Shown here: piece by piece, positions 39,843 through 50,876 of the stretch
Layout: every line of letters starts with the position of its first letter
Position numbering within the stretch: position 1 is the stretch's first letter
Source: a virus
Strand: one strand, 5' to 3'
Virus record (IMG/VR): IMGVR_UViG_3300027513_000014
Coordinates: 51 to 64,050 of that record
Length of the DNA: 64,000 bases
Made by a program: the position numbers and the translations under genes
The notes under the pieces: model-generated
Seen by the model: only the letters and a program-made list of their open reading frames with translations
What the model was told of the DNA's origin: nothing
Database searches by the model: none

Positions 39843-42104
39843 ATGGGCTACCGTTACGGATACGGCTACGGGCACGCTTGGCGACCAGATCGCCGGGTTA
39901 CTACCTCCGCTGCAGTAGGTGGCGCTGGGCTGCTGGTCGACGAAGCTAATGGTTTCGCGACTGATTTCCTCTATCCTACTGATGCGCAGAGGGTAGCAAT
40001 AAAAGAGACACTGGGACCGGAGATAATAACAAATAGTGGGTTTGATAGCGACACCTATTGGTTAAAGGATGCCGACTGGACGATTGCCGGTGGAGTGGCG
40101 ACGAAGGTGGCTGGCGCGGCTACTCGGTCACTGTTTGCGCCGCTTTCAGGAGTGGTTATCATAGGCCGCACCTATAAATTGACATACACGCTGACGATAG
40201 CTGGGTCGGGCAATCTTCAAATTTATCTTGGCGGTGCTGTTGGCACAAACCGTTCAACGGCAGGTACGTTTTCAGATACAATTACTGTAGTATCAACTGC
40301 TGGCCCAGCGTTTGCAGCGCCATCGGCGTGGGCTGGTACTATAGATAATGTTTCAGTGAAGGAGGTGGTGAGCGTTGGCACGACGACTACTACGAACTAT
40401 GCGCTGGATGGGTTTTATCAAAATGCCGGCACCTCGCCAAAGCAAGTGTGGGATGTGAATGGGGTGCTGGGCTGGTCGCCGCACAATATGTGCCTACAGT
40501 CGCAGACGTTCGATAACGCTTCGTGGGATAAAGCGACTACCGCTGCTGTGACACCAGATGCTATAGCAGCACCGAATGGAACGTTAACGGCAGATAAGAT
40601 TACAGAACTAGCTGTTAGCAATAATCATCTTGCGCGTGCGAACGTTAGTATTACGACCATTTCTGGAGCGACTTACACCTTTTCAGTTTATGCCAAGCAG
40701 GCTGAGCGTTCGTTTTTAGCCCTTCTGGATAGCAGCCTTGGGGCTCCTATAACTTATTTTAACTTAGCTACGGGGGCGGTTGGGTCTGTAGGTGCGGGTT
40801 ATACTGCGGCTATTACTGATGCCGGTAGTGGTTGGTATCGTTGTTCCATAACTTACATAGCGGCGGCTACTGCCATTCCCTACGTTCATATTAAAGTATC
40901 CGATGCACAGGGAACATATCTAGGTGTTGTGGGGAATGGGATTTATGTTTGGGGCGCACAGCTCAATCGCGGCTCCACGCCGCTTCCCTATCTCCCCACC
41001 ACCACTGCCGCCCGCTACGGCCTCGCCATCGACTACGACCCGGTGACGCACGCCAGCAAGGGACTGCTGTGCGAGCCGGCGGCGACGAATTTGCAGAAGG
41101 GCACTGCTACGCTGACTGATGCGGCGATTTGGCTGCTCACGGGAGCGACGGGCACTGCTGGAGGTACAGCTCCCGATGGACGATCTGCGTTTGTCCTTAC
41201 TGAAGACACGGCGAACAGTACACATAGCATTGGAGCCGTTAATGGTCAGGGAGCTGTTGTTGTTTCCGGGACAGTTTACACTGTGTCTGGTTTTGTAAAG
41301 GCAAAGGGCAGGACAAGGTTTAGATTTTATAACTTCACATTCAATAACCATGCTGTCTATTTCGATCTGACAACTGGAACGACATATAGCCCATCAGGCG
41401 GCACGGCACCAAGCTCTAGAATAACCGCAGTCGGCAATGACTGGTATCGTATTGAAGTGACCGATCAGGCTACTTCCACGCAATTCAGGCCGTCGCTCGA
41501 ATTGGTATCTACGGGAACAACTGTTAGCTATGCGGGGGATGGAGTTTCTGGCGTATATGTCTGGCTGTACGGCCAGGTAGAGACGGGCACTGTTGCCACC
41601 TCGCCCATTCCGACATTCGCTGCGACGGCTACGCGGGGGGCGGATGGCTATTTTGTCCTCACGAGCGCATTTCCGCTCAGCGCCACGGCATCGACCATGA
41701 TCGCCGACTTTACCTGCACCGGGATCGATACTGCAGGCGCAAGCTGCGCAGCCACATTGTCTGACGGCGATATGACGGATGCACTGCAATTCAGGCTGAC
41801 GGCTGTCGCCGTCGAAGGAAGTGCGCGCGTAGCAAACGTTGCCGTAGCCAGCTGCACCTTTGCGACACCGGGTGTGGGGTCGCACAAGGCGGCGTTTGCT
41901 GCCCAGTTGAACGATTTTCAAGCGGCCCGGAATGGCGTGCTTTCCGCCGCCGATACCTCCGGTGCCATGCCTGTGGGCATCAGTCGCCTTGATCTTGGCA
42001 ACTCCGCGAACAGCACGACGCAGAGCCTGAAAGGCTACCTGCGCAAGATCACCTACGTCCCGCGCCGCATGAGCGATGCAGAGCTGCAGGCGAAAACCAC
42101 ATGA
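39843..42104 (+). CDS. Fibre/spike protein with carbohydrate-binding-like modules
   Basis: Repeated N....S..F...W and YTFSVYAK...GWYRCSI modules; C-terminal LRKITYVPRRMSDAELQA. Confidence 0.65.
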   Translation: MGYRYGYGYGHAWRPDRRVTTSAAVGGAGLLVDEANGFATDFLYPTDAQRVAIKETLGPEIITNSGFDSDTYWLKDADWTIAGGVATKVAGAATRSLFAPLSGVVIIGRTYKLTYTLTIAGSGNLQIYLGGAVGTNRSTAGTFSDTITVVSTAGPAFAAPSAWAGTIDNVSVKEVVSVGTTTTTNYALDGFYQNAGTSPKQVWDVNGVLGWSPHNMCLQSQTFDNASWDKATTAAVTPDAIAAPNGTLTADKITELAVSNNHLARANVSITTISGATYTFSVYAKQAERSFLALLDSSLGAPITYFNLATGAVGSVGAGYTAAITDAGSGWYRCSITYIAAATAIPYVHIKVSDAQGTYLGVVGNGIYVWGAQLNRGSTPLPYLPTTTAARYGLAIDYDPVTHASKGLLCEPAATNLQKGTATLTDAAIWLLTGATGTAGGTAPDGRSAFVLTEDTANSTHSIGAVNGQGAVVVSGTVYTVSGFVKAKGRTRFRFYNFTFNNHAVYFDLTTGTTYSPSGGTAPSSRITAVGNDWYRIEVTDQATSTQFRPSLELVSTGTTVSYAGDGVSGVYVWLYGQVETGTVATSPIPTFAATATRGADGYFVLTSAFPLSATASTMIADFTCTGIDTAGASCAATLSDGDMTDALQFRLTAVAVEGSARVANVAVASCTFATPGVGSHKAAFAAQLNDFQAARNGVLSAADTSGAMPVGISRLDLGNSANSTTQSLKGYLRKITYVPRRMSDAELQAKTT

Positions 42105-42538
42105 TCGACTTCCTCTTCCGCTCGCTCACGCGCAAGGACTTCGAAGCGATGGCACGCACAGCGCTGTTCATCGACGCAGAGAACAACCCACTGCCAGGGA
42201 TCACTATTGATCCCACTATCGGCACGCCGGAATACGAGACTGGTATCCCTATTATTGACATTCCGTCGCCTGACGACGAGACGCCCGCCGTATTAAAAAC
42301 AGGTTGGCATTGCAACGTGCGCGTCAGTGGTGGGCGCGAACAGGAGGAGATCGAAGGCTTACCGCAGACAGATGAAAACGGCAATTTACTTCCGGTATCA
42401 CAACGCACGCACTTTGGGATGACATTTACCAATACCGGTAACGTCATCGCAGACGGTACCGCTGAAGGTATTCAATACGCTAACGTCGCACTCCTCAATG
42501 AGCTAACGATCGAGTCGCCTCAACGGGTTTGGCAGTAA
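42101..42538 (+). CDS. Hypothetical protein (fibre chaperone candidate)
   Basis: Overlaps the fibre stop; contains GWHCNVR. Confidence 0.5.
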   Translation: MIDFLFRSLTRKDFEAMARTALFIDAENNPLPGITIDPTIGTPEYETGIPIIDIPSPDDETPAVLKTGWHCNVRVSGGREQEEIEGLPQTDENGNLLPVSQRTHFGMTFTNTGNVIADGTAEGIQYANVALLNELTIESPQRVWQ

Positions 42539-42559
42539 CCTTTAAAGGTAACAATTCCG

Positions 42560-45500
42560 ATGACTATCAAAACTCGTAGTCAGATCAAGTCCGAAACCAA
42601 TACGGACTTCCCGGATAATACTACGCGACTTATATCACCGGCTGACTTGCGTGGTCAGATGGATGATACTGTTGATAGCGCATTGCTGCGAGAAGACCTT
42701 CCCGGTTTGGATGTTTCTCCGTCGATTGTTACAACAGCTGGGCATGGAACGAAGACACTTGAAGCATGGATGAATGACATTGGCACCGGAGTGCCGGGTC
42801 CTCCTGGTCCAGCTGGTGACGTGCGGTTTGTAGATAACATTACTGAAATGCGAGGTTTGACGGGGCTTGCGGTTGGGTCGATAGTTTATGTAGGGCCACG
42901 AGCCGATCAGTTTGTTGTAGTAGATAAACCTTCGTTAAGTACAGATGGCGGAACTGTTTTTATCCCTAATAGTGAATTAAGCGCTTACGTCGAGGAGGCG
43001 ATCCCGCCAGCTTATTTTGTGGGCGCGTCTGGCGTGAACGTCGCGATGGAATACGACTTGGATCACACCGGCATCGACTTCGAGAGCGTCGAACTGGTGC
43101 TAACGGACGGCGGCGAGACGATCGACATCTGGGGACTGCACGGACATCTCTTCCAGCCCTTCACCACAGAGCGGGCCAATTGCCCGCAGCTCCCGATCAT
43201 AGACACCGGACGCGGTAAGATGCGTGATCCCTTTGCCGGGTTCACTGGCGTCAAGGGAGTGGATCATCCGGCTATTAGGACAGGCGGCGCACTGCTGCGC
43301 TATAAGTATGCCACCAGCGGGCTGCGGCTCAAGCGCATCACAGGACCGGTGTTTAGGCTCTCCTGGTGGCCTGTTGTGGCAGTGGAAGAGGAAACGCCAG
43401 GGAATCAAACGGATAACACCGGCAAGATTTGCTGGGCGGCGAACGCAGCGGCGTTGGCGAAGGCCGAGGTGGTGTTGATTGAGAATATGTATCACTATGC
43501 ACGATGCGTAGAGTGGCCAGAGGGAGTGGAACTGAGGGGTTTCGGCCCTGGGCTTTCCGGCTTCCGGGTCATGGACAATGCGCAGCACACCCAGTTGCTG
43601 CTCACCTCATCCTCCGATGGTCTCGCCGCTGATCCTGCCGTCAATCCGCTACTGAAGCCGGCTACCAGGCTTTGGTCCTACGACAGTGCTTTCCTGTCCA
43701 ACTCCACTGCGTTCTACCCCGCCAGCGGTGCAAAGCGCATCCGCATCAGCGGCATTGAGTTCGACGGCAACCTCGCTGGTAACATGCGGTTTTGGGAGCA
43801 GCGGAACAAGGAATACGCCTATACCTATTCCAACCAGATAATCTCTCTGTTCAACGCCACTACATCTGCCGGCTTCTCCGTTACCAACCAGTCCAGTCGC
43901 GTTATTCCGGAGGGAATGATCGTCGAACTGCATAACGTGAAGATGCAAGGCTATTCACATCTCCTGACAGGACATCATTTTTGTACCTTCATCGGCACGG
44001 GCATGCTGGAATTGGGCGAGGTCCCTGCGGGCCACTGGATGTATTTTCCAGATGGGGTGTATGAGGATGTCCGCTGCACTGGTTGGGCGGTAGCGGATGG
44101 ATTGCGGGTTAGGAAGTTCATAGCGAAGTCGGTTGAATTTGTGCTTTATGCGCCGCCCGCAGCGTTTTTCGACCAGCCAAGGACATTGGGATACGACGCG
44201 TTAGTTACACCGTTTACGGAGGGCCAGACGCTTACCGGCGGCACTTCCGGCGCGACTGGCCTCATCGATGATGTCAGGGCCCTTACCGGCACAACTGGGA
44301 ACATCGATTTAATCAACATAGTCGGAACGTTCCAGAACAACGAGGTTATCACAGACGGTCTGGGAGGTTCCGCCGACGCCAACGGCGTCCCTGCGGTGGG
44401 CGGTTATTACTTGCGTGGGATACAGCTCATATCCCTCACTGAGAACATGCCGCAGCAACAGTTGGCGGTAAACGCCTTTAACTACCCAGAACTTCCTCCG
44501 TATCGCGTGATCATTGACAACGTGTTCGTTGACGCGATGCGGCTGGACGAAGCTCCTGCTGGCAAAGAATATATGTATGCTATCCCGTTCCTGATCAACG
44601 CTGACAATTTCCATGTCAAGTCAGGGAAAATGCGCTTTGGGCAGCTTACGTCGACGCAGACGACTATCGTCAACACGCAAGGAAATGTGACGGGAGGGCA
44701 TCCCTACAGAAACCAAGTCTACGAGAATCTGTCGATTGAATACAGTTCGCGTAAGGGCATTCAGCTTCTGGCGACTGGCTCGACTGATGGCGGTTATGCA
44801 GGCGTACAGTTTCGCAATATCACTTTCGAGGCGCGTGCCTCCACGCACATGCCTGGTAATCCAGCACCAAGTGGTATCACTTACTTACTTGGCCTCTGGC
44901 GGTTTCATGAAAATACTCCCGTGGAACCAACACCGCCGAATTATGGCATAGCCTATGACGGGCGGGATTTTGAGTTCAGCGCCGTCACGGTGGATGCCAC
45001 CCTGAACGGGAAGTACATCGACATCACGCCGCCCGATCCCGATGCTCCGGTGTATCGCTACTGGTTCTATTTCGCTGCCGCGCCGGGGGCAGGGTCTCCG
45101 CCAGCGGCAGGCGGTGCTACCTTGGTGCAGGTTTACGTGGCATCCGCCGGGGCTACAACTGCCACGGTAGCACAGGCATTCTCCTTGGCTGTCGCTGGCA
45201 CTATCGCCTCCCCTGCCGTTTCCGCGCCCTACCTGACTGCGGCGACCTTCGGCACCAAGTCGGTGATCGGAGCCTACTCGCATTACCGCAGCGACGTGAA
45301 GGCTGGGTATGTCAGTGGCGATGTCACCGCCGCCGCCGGCATAACCACGGTGCTGCGTGCCTATCACCGCAACTACGAGCCATCCATCATCGCATTTGAG
45401 CGGTTTATAGCAGCTGATCCGGTCTATATCGCCCTGATGAATATCACTGAGATCGGGCCGAACCGGGACATTCATTTTACCTTCAAGGACTGTGTGTTCG

Positions 45501-46105
45501 GGGCGTTTCAGGTAGGGCTTATCCTGCTGAATGCGAACGGCGGGCTCGGCACTGCCGCTGTGATAGCGATCAAAGACCAAGTGCATTGGGCTTTTGAGAA
45601 TTCGACCTTCGATCTGCGCGACGGTTATTTGTCCTGGTCGAACCTCGATCTGTTCCTTTATGCCGGCAAGTTCCGCAATTGCCGGATAAGGACGCCGAGT
45701 GCTGTCACCGGGCTTTCCCTGCTCGGCTCCGGCTATGAGACATTGGTCAGCGAGCAGGGTGATGTCTACACGGGGACCCCTGGCGTCACGGCAGGGACGA
45801 CCAGCACGACGATCGACATTCAGACCAAGCTGTTCTGGCAACCGAAGCCGGGGCAAATTCGTATCTACCCTGCCGATGCGGCGACTGCGGTGGTGTGGAA
45901 CACCAACATGCCATTCGTGGAGTGGCGGAAGAGCGCTCGTCCGATCACTACAACGTCCACTGCACTGGGTGGCACGGGGGCTTATTACCAAGGGCCGGAT
46001 GGCATCAATGAGGACCGTCGCGCGCCTGTGCTGCGGCTGACTTTTGCCTCTGCGCTAGCGGCATCGCCGTTGAAGATCGGCTGGTCGGCGGCGGTTTCTC
46101 CATAG
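42560..46105 (+). CDS. Large tail spike / receptor-binding-like protein
   Basis: 1181 aa beta-rich; short collagen motif; SGIEFDGN beta-helix-like motif. Confidence 0.6.
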   Translation: MTIKTRSQIKSETNTDFPDNTTRLISPADLRGQMDDTVDSALLREDLPGLDVSPSIVTTAGHGTKTLEAWMNDIGTGVPGPPGPAGDVRFVDNITEMRGLTGLAVGSIVYVGPRADQFVVVDKPSLSTDGGTVFIPNSELSAYVEEAIPPAYFVGASGVNVAMEYDLDHTGIDFESVELVLTDGGETIDIWGLHGHLFQPFTTERANCPQLPIIDTGRGKMRDPFAGFTGVKGVDHPAIRTGGALLRYKYATSGLRLKRITGPVFRLSWWPVVAVEEETPGNQTDNTGKICWAANAAALAKAEVVLIENMYHYARCVEWPEGVELRGFGPGLSGFRVMDNAQHTQLLLTSSSDGLAADPAVNPLLKPATRLWSYDSAFLSNSTAFYPASGAKRIRISGIEFDGNLAGNMRFWEQRNKEYAYTYSNQIISLFNATTSAGFSVTNQSSRVIPEGMIVELHNVKMQGYSHLLTGHHFCTFIGTGMLELGEVPAGHWMYFPDGVYEDVRCTGWAVADGLRVRKFIAKSVEFVLYAPPAAFFDQPRTLGYDALVTPFTEGQTLTGGTSGATGLIDDVRALTGTTGNIDLINIVGTFQNNEVITDGLGGSADANGVPAVGGYYLRGIQLISLTENMPQQQLAVNAFNYPELPPYRVIIDNVFVDAMRLDEAPAGKEYMYAIPFLINADNFHVKSGKMRFGQLTSTQTTIVNTQGNVTGGHPYRNQVYENLSIEYSSRKGIQLLATGSTDGGYAGVQFRNITFEARASTHMPGNPAPSGITYLLGLWRFHENTPVEPTPPNYGIAYDGRDFEFSAVTVDATLNGKYIDITPPDPDAPVYRYWFYFAAAPGAGSPPAAGGATLVQVYVASAGATTATVAQAFSLAVAGTIASPAVSAPYLTAATFGTKSVIGAYSHYRSDVKAGYVSGDVTAAAGITTVLRAYHRNYEPSIIAFERFIAADPVYIALMNITEIGPNRDIHFTFKDCVFGAFQVGLILLNANGGLGTAAVIAIKDQVHWAFENSTFDLRDGYLSWSNLDLFLYAGKFRNCRIRTPSAVTGLSLLGSGYETLVSEQGDVYTGTPGVTAGTTSTTIDIQTKLFWQPKPGQIRIYPADAATAVVWNTNMPFVEWRKSARPITTTSTALGGTGAYYQGPDGINEDRRAPVLRLTFASALAASPLKIGWSAAVSP

Positions 46106-46138
46106 AAGCATCACCCTAACCTTCAAAGGTAACTTCAC

Positions 46139-46411
46139 ATGCCCAAAGGCGTTCGCGATCCCAAGTCCCACAGGACCCCCGAACAGATAAAGAAAATGGA
46201 TCGTGGGTATAACTCACGTCCATCTCAGATCAAAGAGCGCACGGAGAATAACCAGGCGCGAGCTATGCTTGCCAAAGAGGGGCTTGTTAGGAAGGGCGAT
46301 GACAAGGACGTGGATCACATCCGCCCACAACGTTCCGGAGGTTCCAACAAGCGCTCGAACCTCAGGGCGATCTCCAGGTCAAAGAACCGTGGCTGGCGGG
46401 ACGGAGTGTGA
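46139..46411 (+). CDS. HNH endonuclease
   Basis: DVDHIRP..SGGSN..SNLR.....N motif. Confidence 0.8.
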   Translation: MPKGVRDPKSHRTPEQIKKMDRGYNSRPSQIKERTENNQARAMLAKEGLVRKGDDKDVDHIRPQRSGGSNKRSNLRAISRSKNRGWRDGV

Positions 46412-46789
46412 ATTACCGTTTTCGGTAATCCATAAATCTACTGGTTCATAGCCTCTGGTCCCATATTTTTTATGTTTTTTACGAAACGCTATGCCCAGCG
46501 GCTCTAGCCGTTTACTTGCGTGCCATAGTGAAGTTCTAAGCATTATATCGGAACTGTTTGGCCCGCCATCCGGGTCCTCAAGCCATAGCCAAGCTTCCAG
46601 GTGCCTGACGGATAGCTTCATGGGTGATACGAGGATATAAGACACGATCCTGAACGAGCTTGGCCATAGGTGTGCTATCTGCACATATCCTTGTTCACGC
46701 CGACGACTTACCTCATTATGCCGGTAATCGAGATACACCGCATCGCTACCCGGTGGAGCGCAACGTCCCAGTGTCAATACTACCCTCAT
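46379..46789 (-). CDS. Stand-alone OmpR/PhoB-type winged-helix protein
   Basis: LWPSSFRIVSYIL...LW....MLRTSLWHASKRLEPLGI....GTRGYE fits a Trans_reg_C-like pattern; start coupled to the primase stop. Confidence 0.5.
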   Translation of the reverse strand: MRVVLTLGRCAPPGSDAVYLDYRHNEVSRRREQGYVQIAHLWPSSFRIVSYILVSPMKLSVRHLEAWLWLEDPDGGPNSSDIMLRTSLWHASKRLEPLGIAFRKKHKKYGTRGYEPVDLWITENGNSHSVPPATVL

Positions 46790-49668
46790 GTCGAAGTTAC
46801 TTTTTCCGGTAACTGGGCTTTTTCAAACAGATCGTTCACGTCTATCTCGTCGGTGAAGTCCAGCAAGCTCATTTCGAGCATATAGGTAAGCCCCGGAACG
46901 GCATGAGGTGTTCCCCCGCCAATGATGCCGTGTATTATCTTCATGCCATATTTGTCCTTGAGCGCCGTCGTGAAAGCGTGACGGGATAGCTCCTTGATGT
47001 TCAGCCATTCACCCAGGGCGTTGGAACTGATACGCATGACCTTGTCGTCTATCCCTATATGAATGAAAATAGCATCCAGCTTGGAAGTATCCCCCCTGAC
47101 CTGTATTGACCCCGTAGCGGGTTTTCCTTTACCCTTGTGGACAATGTTAGTGAACAGCGTGTTACGCGCTCTGTGGGCATTGCAGAAGCTGCTGAGGATG
47201 GTTGTGACGTTAATGTCCTGCGTCATGTCCACGGCTTGTGTCTTAAGCTCTTCGCGCATGGACTTCAGCGTCCTCAGGAGAAATCCCCGCAAGGCTGATT
47301 CATCTATGGCCGTAAACCCGAGGCGGTTGGCGACTATAGCACCGACACACAAGCACGCTATGACGCTTGTCCATAAACGCTCTTCGTTTTGTGCGTTTAC
47401 CTCAATGTCCAGAGACTTCTGATAGGCCAGGACTTCTTCCTCCAAAGCAAGGAAGTTGGTTCCCAGATACTGCGAATACAGCTCGCCTATCTTGCCATGG
47501 TTGTCGTCCAGCTTGCCTACCAGCCTAGCCGCATCCGTCTTTGCTATCTGCCCGGTTCCGTCGCTATGGTCTACCTGTATCTCAAACAGGCGGTATACTC
47601 CTGCCGTAGTGGTATTAGTATGTCGTGTCACATAGTCCAGGAGCGAGTAGTTGCTGGTACTCACCATGATCGTCTGCCATGTGCCTGACTCCCTGCGCTT
47701 GGCTTGCGCGTTCATACGGTCTTTCTCCTTCCCATAGGAGATTTGAAACACCATGCGGGCGTATTTCCTAGTGTCGTCAGGCTGCAAATCGTCCCAGAAG
47801 ATGGGGAGACTTCTAAGCTCGCCGATCTTGTTCATTACTGAATTATCAGTATCATGGAGCAAATTCTTCGCACGTACAGGATGACCCCACACAGCAAGCG
47901 CAGTGTCTAAAGCGGTACTCTTCCCAATCCCGCTTTCGCCAATACAGGACATCATCAGACCACGCATATTGGTGAACCTCACCAATGGGGCTGCGAAAGA
48001 ACTTGCCAAGATAGCGTTCAAAGCTGGTCTGTTCTGGTTGGTAATCAGCTTCGCTGCGTCGATCCATGGCTGGACATCCCCGACTGGTGTGTAACTCCTT
48101 GCGGTGACAGTATCTGGCGTCTGTGCCACCTTTATGTCAGTGGGCGTGAACAGCTTCCCCCCGAATGAGAACCCTTCCATCTTACCGTTGTTGACGTTCC
48201 ATCCAAATGCTGAGGTGTTCACGACGGCATCCTTTGTTTGCTTCAGGGTCTGTATCCACGCCACGAGAAACTCTCCTATAGGCTTGTTGTTGTAGTCATA
48301 GATTGTTATCCCTTGCCGGCTGAGTTCCCTTCTAAGGTCATTAGTTGCACCTACTACCTCGAACGGCAAGTGAATCTGCTCGATTTTTCCCGGCTCTGTC
48401 TCGGCTTCGAAATTCAGTATCCATGGATTACGCTGAACCCATCCGTTCCCTATTGGCGTATTGCACACAACAACTATAACCGGCTCGCCCTCTTTGTTCT
48501 TGGTGGATTTTATGATGTATCCGTGCGAGTTACGTGAATAATTAGGAGGCAAAACGCTTACGATATTCGCCCCTGCTGACGGCATGGGGGGTGGAGCCCG
48601 AAGCACAAAATGTAATGGCGTCTTGTCCTTGCTAAGATGAATACACGCCTCGCACTGTTTTGAACCGTTTCCCTTGAACGTATTACATCTTGGCCACCCC
48701 AGGTCTTTCTCGGCGTGTTCACGCAGCACCCTGCTATATTCTTTTTCAGTTCGCTCCGGGCTATAGGTCGCATATCCCTTGCTCATTATGTGAGCGGCTT
48801 CTACACCTTCTTCCAAAAACGTGGCTAAACCCAAAGTATGAAACCACAGCGGATTAAGGTTATCCCTGCCGTGGGTGTCCACCGTATGCTTGATGAACGG
48901 ACACACGTCAGCTACCTGCTGCAGCTTGGCTTTGGGTATGGAGTCTATGCCGGCTGACAAATCATCGTTGGTGGCGGGCGGAAGTAGAGGGAACAGTGGG
49001 TTAGTGTCGGCACCATTGGTGTGTGGCCGTGAAGTTAACCGCCCCCCTGCGTGGGTCGTTACCGGAAACGGTAACAGTGCTTTTTGTATGTCGGCTATGT
49101 CGTAGTCAGTATCCGTCAGGACCTTTAGCTCTACGCGCTTCCCACGCTTGAAATTGGTCGTATCGGGTATGCGAAGAACCCTGGCACTGTCTGTTGTGAC
49201 TTGCGTATCGCACTTTAGACCAAGCTGGGTTGTAGCCTCAACGAGTGAGCTTGCGAGCGGGTGCCACTCGTCCAGCGTCAAGGCACGCGAGAATGTCCAG
49301 TAAACATGATAGCCGCCACCTGTGTGAACTATCACACTCGGCATCATATGTGTCTTGGTGACGAAGCTCTTTAAGGCTGTAGAAGTGTCCTGCTCGGACG
49401 GGTAATCCTTGAAGTCAAGGTCCATGAACAACGCTTTGAAGAGTATGGCGTTGTCCCCGTTTCGCTTATGCTGTTCACGTTGCAGACTTTGGCATACATA
49501 AACATCAACAGTGTTTGTGCCGTTACCATCAAGGTAACTCAAAGCTTCCGGGATAGACCGGAAACCCCGTGTGCTTTGTATCGGTGCATGAACAGTTATG
49601 AATCCCCCGGCCCCGTTATGGGGCCAGGGAAGTACCTTCGCCAGATATTTTTCTTGAGCGCTGCTCAT
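46786..49668 (-). CDS. Primase-helicase (RepB-like primase plus DUF927-type P-loop domain)
   Basis: LFMDLDFK, SVIVHTGGGYHVYW, RVLRIPDTTN; Cys cluster CPF/WPRC/CEAC; Walker A GESGIGKST. Confidence 0.8.
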   Translation of the reverse strand: MSSAQEKYLAKVLPWPHNGAGGFITVHAPIQSTRGFRSIPEALSYLDGNGTNTVDVYVCQSLQREQHKRNGDNAILFKALFMDLDFKDYPSEQDTSTALKSFVTKTHMMPSVIVHTGGGYHVYWTFSRALTLDEWHPLASSLVEATTQLGLKCDTQVTTDSARVLRIPDTTNFKRGKRVELKVLTDTDYDIADIQKALLPFPVTTHAGGRLTSRPHTNGADTNPLFPLLPPATNDDLSAGIDSIPKAKLQQVADVCPFIKHTVDTHGRDNLNPLWFHTLGLATFLEEGVEAAHIMSKGYATYSPERTEKEYSRVLREHAEKDLGWPRCNTFKGNGSKQCEACIHLSKDKTPLHFVLRAPPPMPSAGANIVSVLPPNYSRNSHGYIIKSTKNKEGEPVIVVVCNTPIGNGWVQRNPWILNFEAETEPGKIEQIHLPFEVVGATNDLRRELSRQGITIYDYNNKPIGEFLVAWIQTLKQTKDAVVNTSAFGWNVNNGKMEGFSFGGKLFTPTDIKVAQTPDTVTARSYTPVGDVQPWIDAAKLITNQNRPALNAILASSFAAPLVRFTNMRGLMMSCIGESGIGKSTALDTALAVWGHPVRAKNLLHDTDNSVMNKIGELRSLPIFWDDLQPDDTRKYARMVFQISYGKEKDRMNAQAKRRESGTWQTIMVSTSNYSLLDYVTRHTNTTTAGVYRLFEIQVDHSDGTGQIAKTDAARLVGKLDDNHGKIGELYSQYLGTNFLALEEEVLAYQKSLDIEVNAQNEERLWTSVIACLCVGAIVANRLGFTAIDESALRGFLLRTLKSMREELKTQAVDMTQDINVTTILSSFCNAHRARNTLFTNIVHKGKGKPATGSIQVRGDTSKLDAIFIHIGIDDKVMRISSNALGEWLNIKELSRHAFTTALKDKYGMKIIHGIIGGGTPHAVPGLTYMLEMSLLDFTDEIDVNDLFEKAQLPEKVTST

Positions 49669-49712
49669 GGGAACAGCCTTTATTCATGTGGGTAACGGGT
49701 ATATGGCTTAAG

Positions 49713-50792
49713 CTAATCTGGCAAAAGCTTAGCCACCATTGCATCCAGCTCCTGCTCAAAATTCGAAAATGCTTCGCCGTTAGGTTTTGGGCTTGCTTCC
49801 GGGGAAGCCGTTAACCCAGAAGGCGGGGTTGGTGCCGTATTGGCAGTTGTCGCAGTACCAGCGGACTCTGGCATCGTTGCCATAGGAGACGAGGGGGATG
49901 CCGTAACGCGGGCTGCCTGTAGAATCGTGGGTTTTGTATTTGGTTCCACAGGTGGGGCAGATGATACTTGCTGCGATATTGAGGTTGGTTTCGTCCATGT
50001 GGTGTCCTTTTCGAAATGTTGCGTCCTTTCGAATACACCGCTAGGAGTTTCCTGCGCTTCAGCCACGAACTCGATATTTTCCGAAAGGATACGTCGCACC
50101 ACCGTGTCCGAATCGCGCATCGCTACAACCTGCGCCGCCTCTTCATCGGAAAGTGGCCGGATGGCAGTAAACTCGAACTTGGGATAGGATTCGCTGATAG
50201 CGAATGAGATTCTTGTCCCGAATGAATAATACGGGTAACCCATCCTGTTCATCTTGTTGCCAAAGTGCGCAAGCTCCTGCAGGCTTGCAGCAGGAACTCT
50301 TAGAAGCATTGGCCCGCCGTATACTTCATTGGCGATATCGTCCAGAGGCACGATGGCTAGGCGCTTGTTGTCCTGGCATTCTTTCTTCGCCTTGCCGGTA
50401 ACCGGCGAGATGACAGCTCCCCATACATTGCGCGGGCATGCGGCACATGTAGGACTTTGTATGTTCTTGGCAGAGGCTTCCGGCGTCACGCCATTATTGC
50501 TGAAGCAATCAGGCGCTGCGTTAGCGCCCTCTGTGTAGCCCGAAGCATAGTAGATTTTGGAGACGTTGCGGCTTGCCCCGACAACGATGCATTCTATGCT
50601 GTTTACAGGCCCTTCGTTATTAGGGCGAAGAAGTTGTTTCTCCTCTCCGCGATACTTGATGCTCCAGACTTTGCCACGGTATCCGACAATGCCGAACGAG
50701 GAGGCAATGCCAGAGGACAGATCGTTTTGCGACGACTGGCTCTGGAAAATCTTGGAGATTTGGCTGCTGTTGAACGTAGTGAGGTTACTCAT
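49713..50792 (-). CDS. Conserved phage replication-module protein (ssDNA-binding candidate)
   Basis: PDCFS..G..P...CAACPRN.WG...KECQDNKRLA pattern with low-complexity tail; probable start MSNLTTF. Confidence 0.55.
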   Translation of the reverse strand: MSNLTTFNSSQISKIFQSQSSQNDLSSGIASSFGIVGYRGKVWSIKYRGEEKQLLRPNNEGPVNSIECIVVGASRNVSKIYYASGYTEGANAAPDCFSNNGVTPEASAKNIQSPTCAACPRNVWGAVISPVTGKAKKECQDNKRLAIVPLDDIANEVYGGPMLLRVPAASLQELAHFGNKMNRMGYPYYSFGTRISFAISESYPKFEFTAIRPLSDEEAAQVVAMRDSDTVVRRILSENIEFVAEAQETPSGVFERTQHFEKDTTWTKPTSISQQVSSAPPVEPNTKPTILQAARVTASPSSPMATMPESAGTATTANTAPTPPSGLTASPEASPKPNGEAFSNFEQELDAMVAKLLPD

Positions 50793-50876
50793 GACATTTG
50801 ACCCTTTCTCTCTTTTTGGATGGGGTGGGAAACACGTCATTATACCTTCATTAAGTTACCAGAAGGTATCTATTTT

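Noticed and set aside
5580-46000. Many long antisense or alternate-frame ORFs over large genes (e.g. 5580..6401, 6423..7211, 34325..35218, 44885..45991)
   Set aside because: Shadow ORFs of GC-rich or low-complexity coding sequence, with no motifs or RBS.
17766-46105. Diversity-generating retroelement acting on fibre genes
   Set aside because: No reverse transcriptase and no TR/VR-like repeat pair noticed.
49522-49538. GTTACC-ATCAA-GGTAAC and other off-spacing or half sites (e.g. 23471-23488)
   Set aside because: Spacing differs from the 18-bp consensus; not counted.
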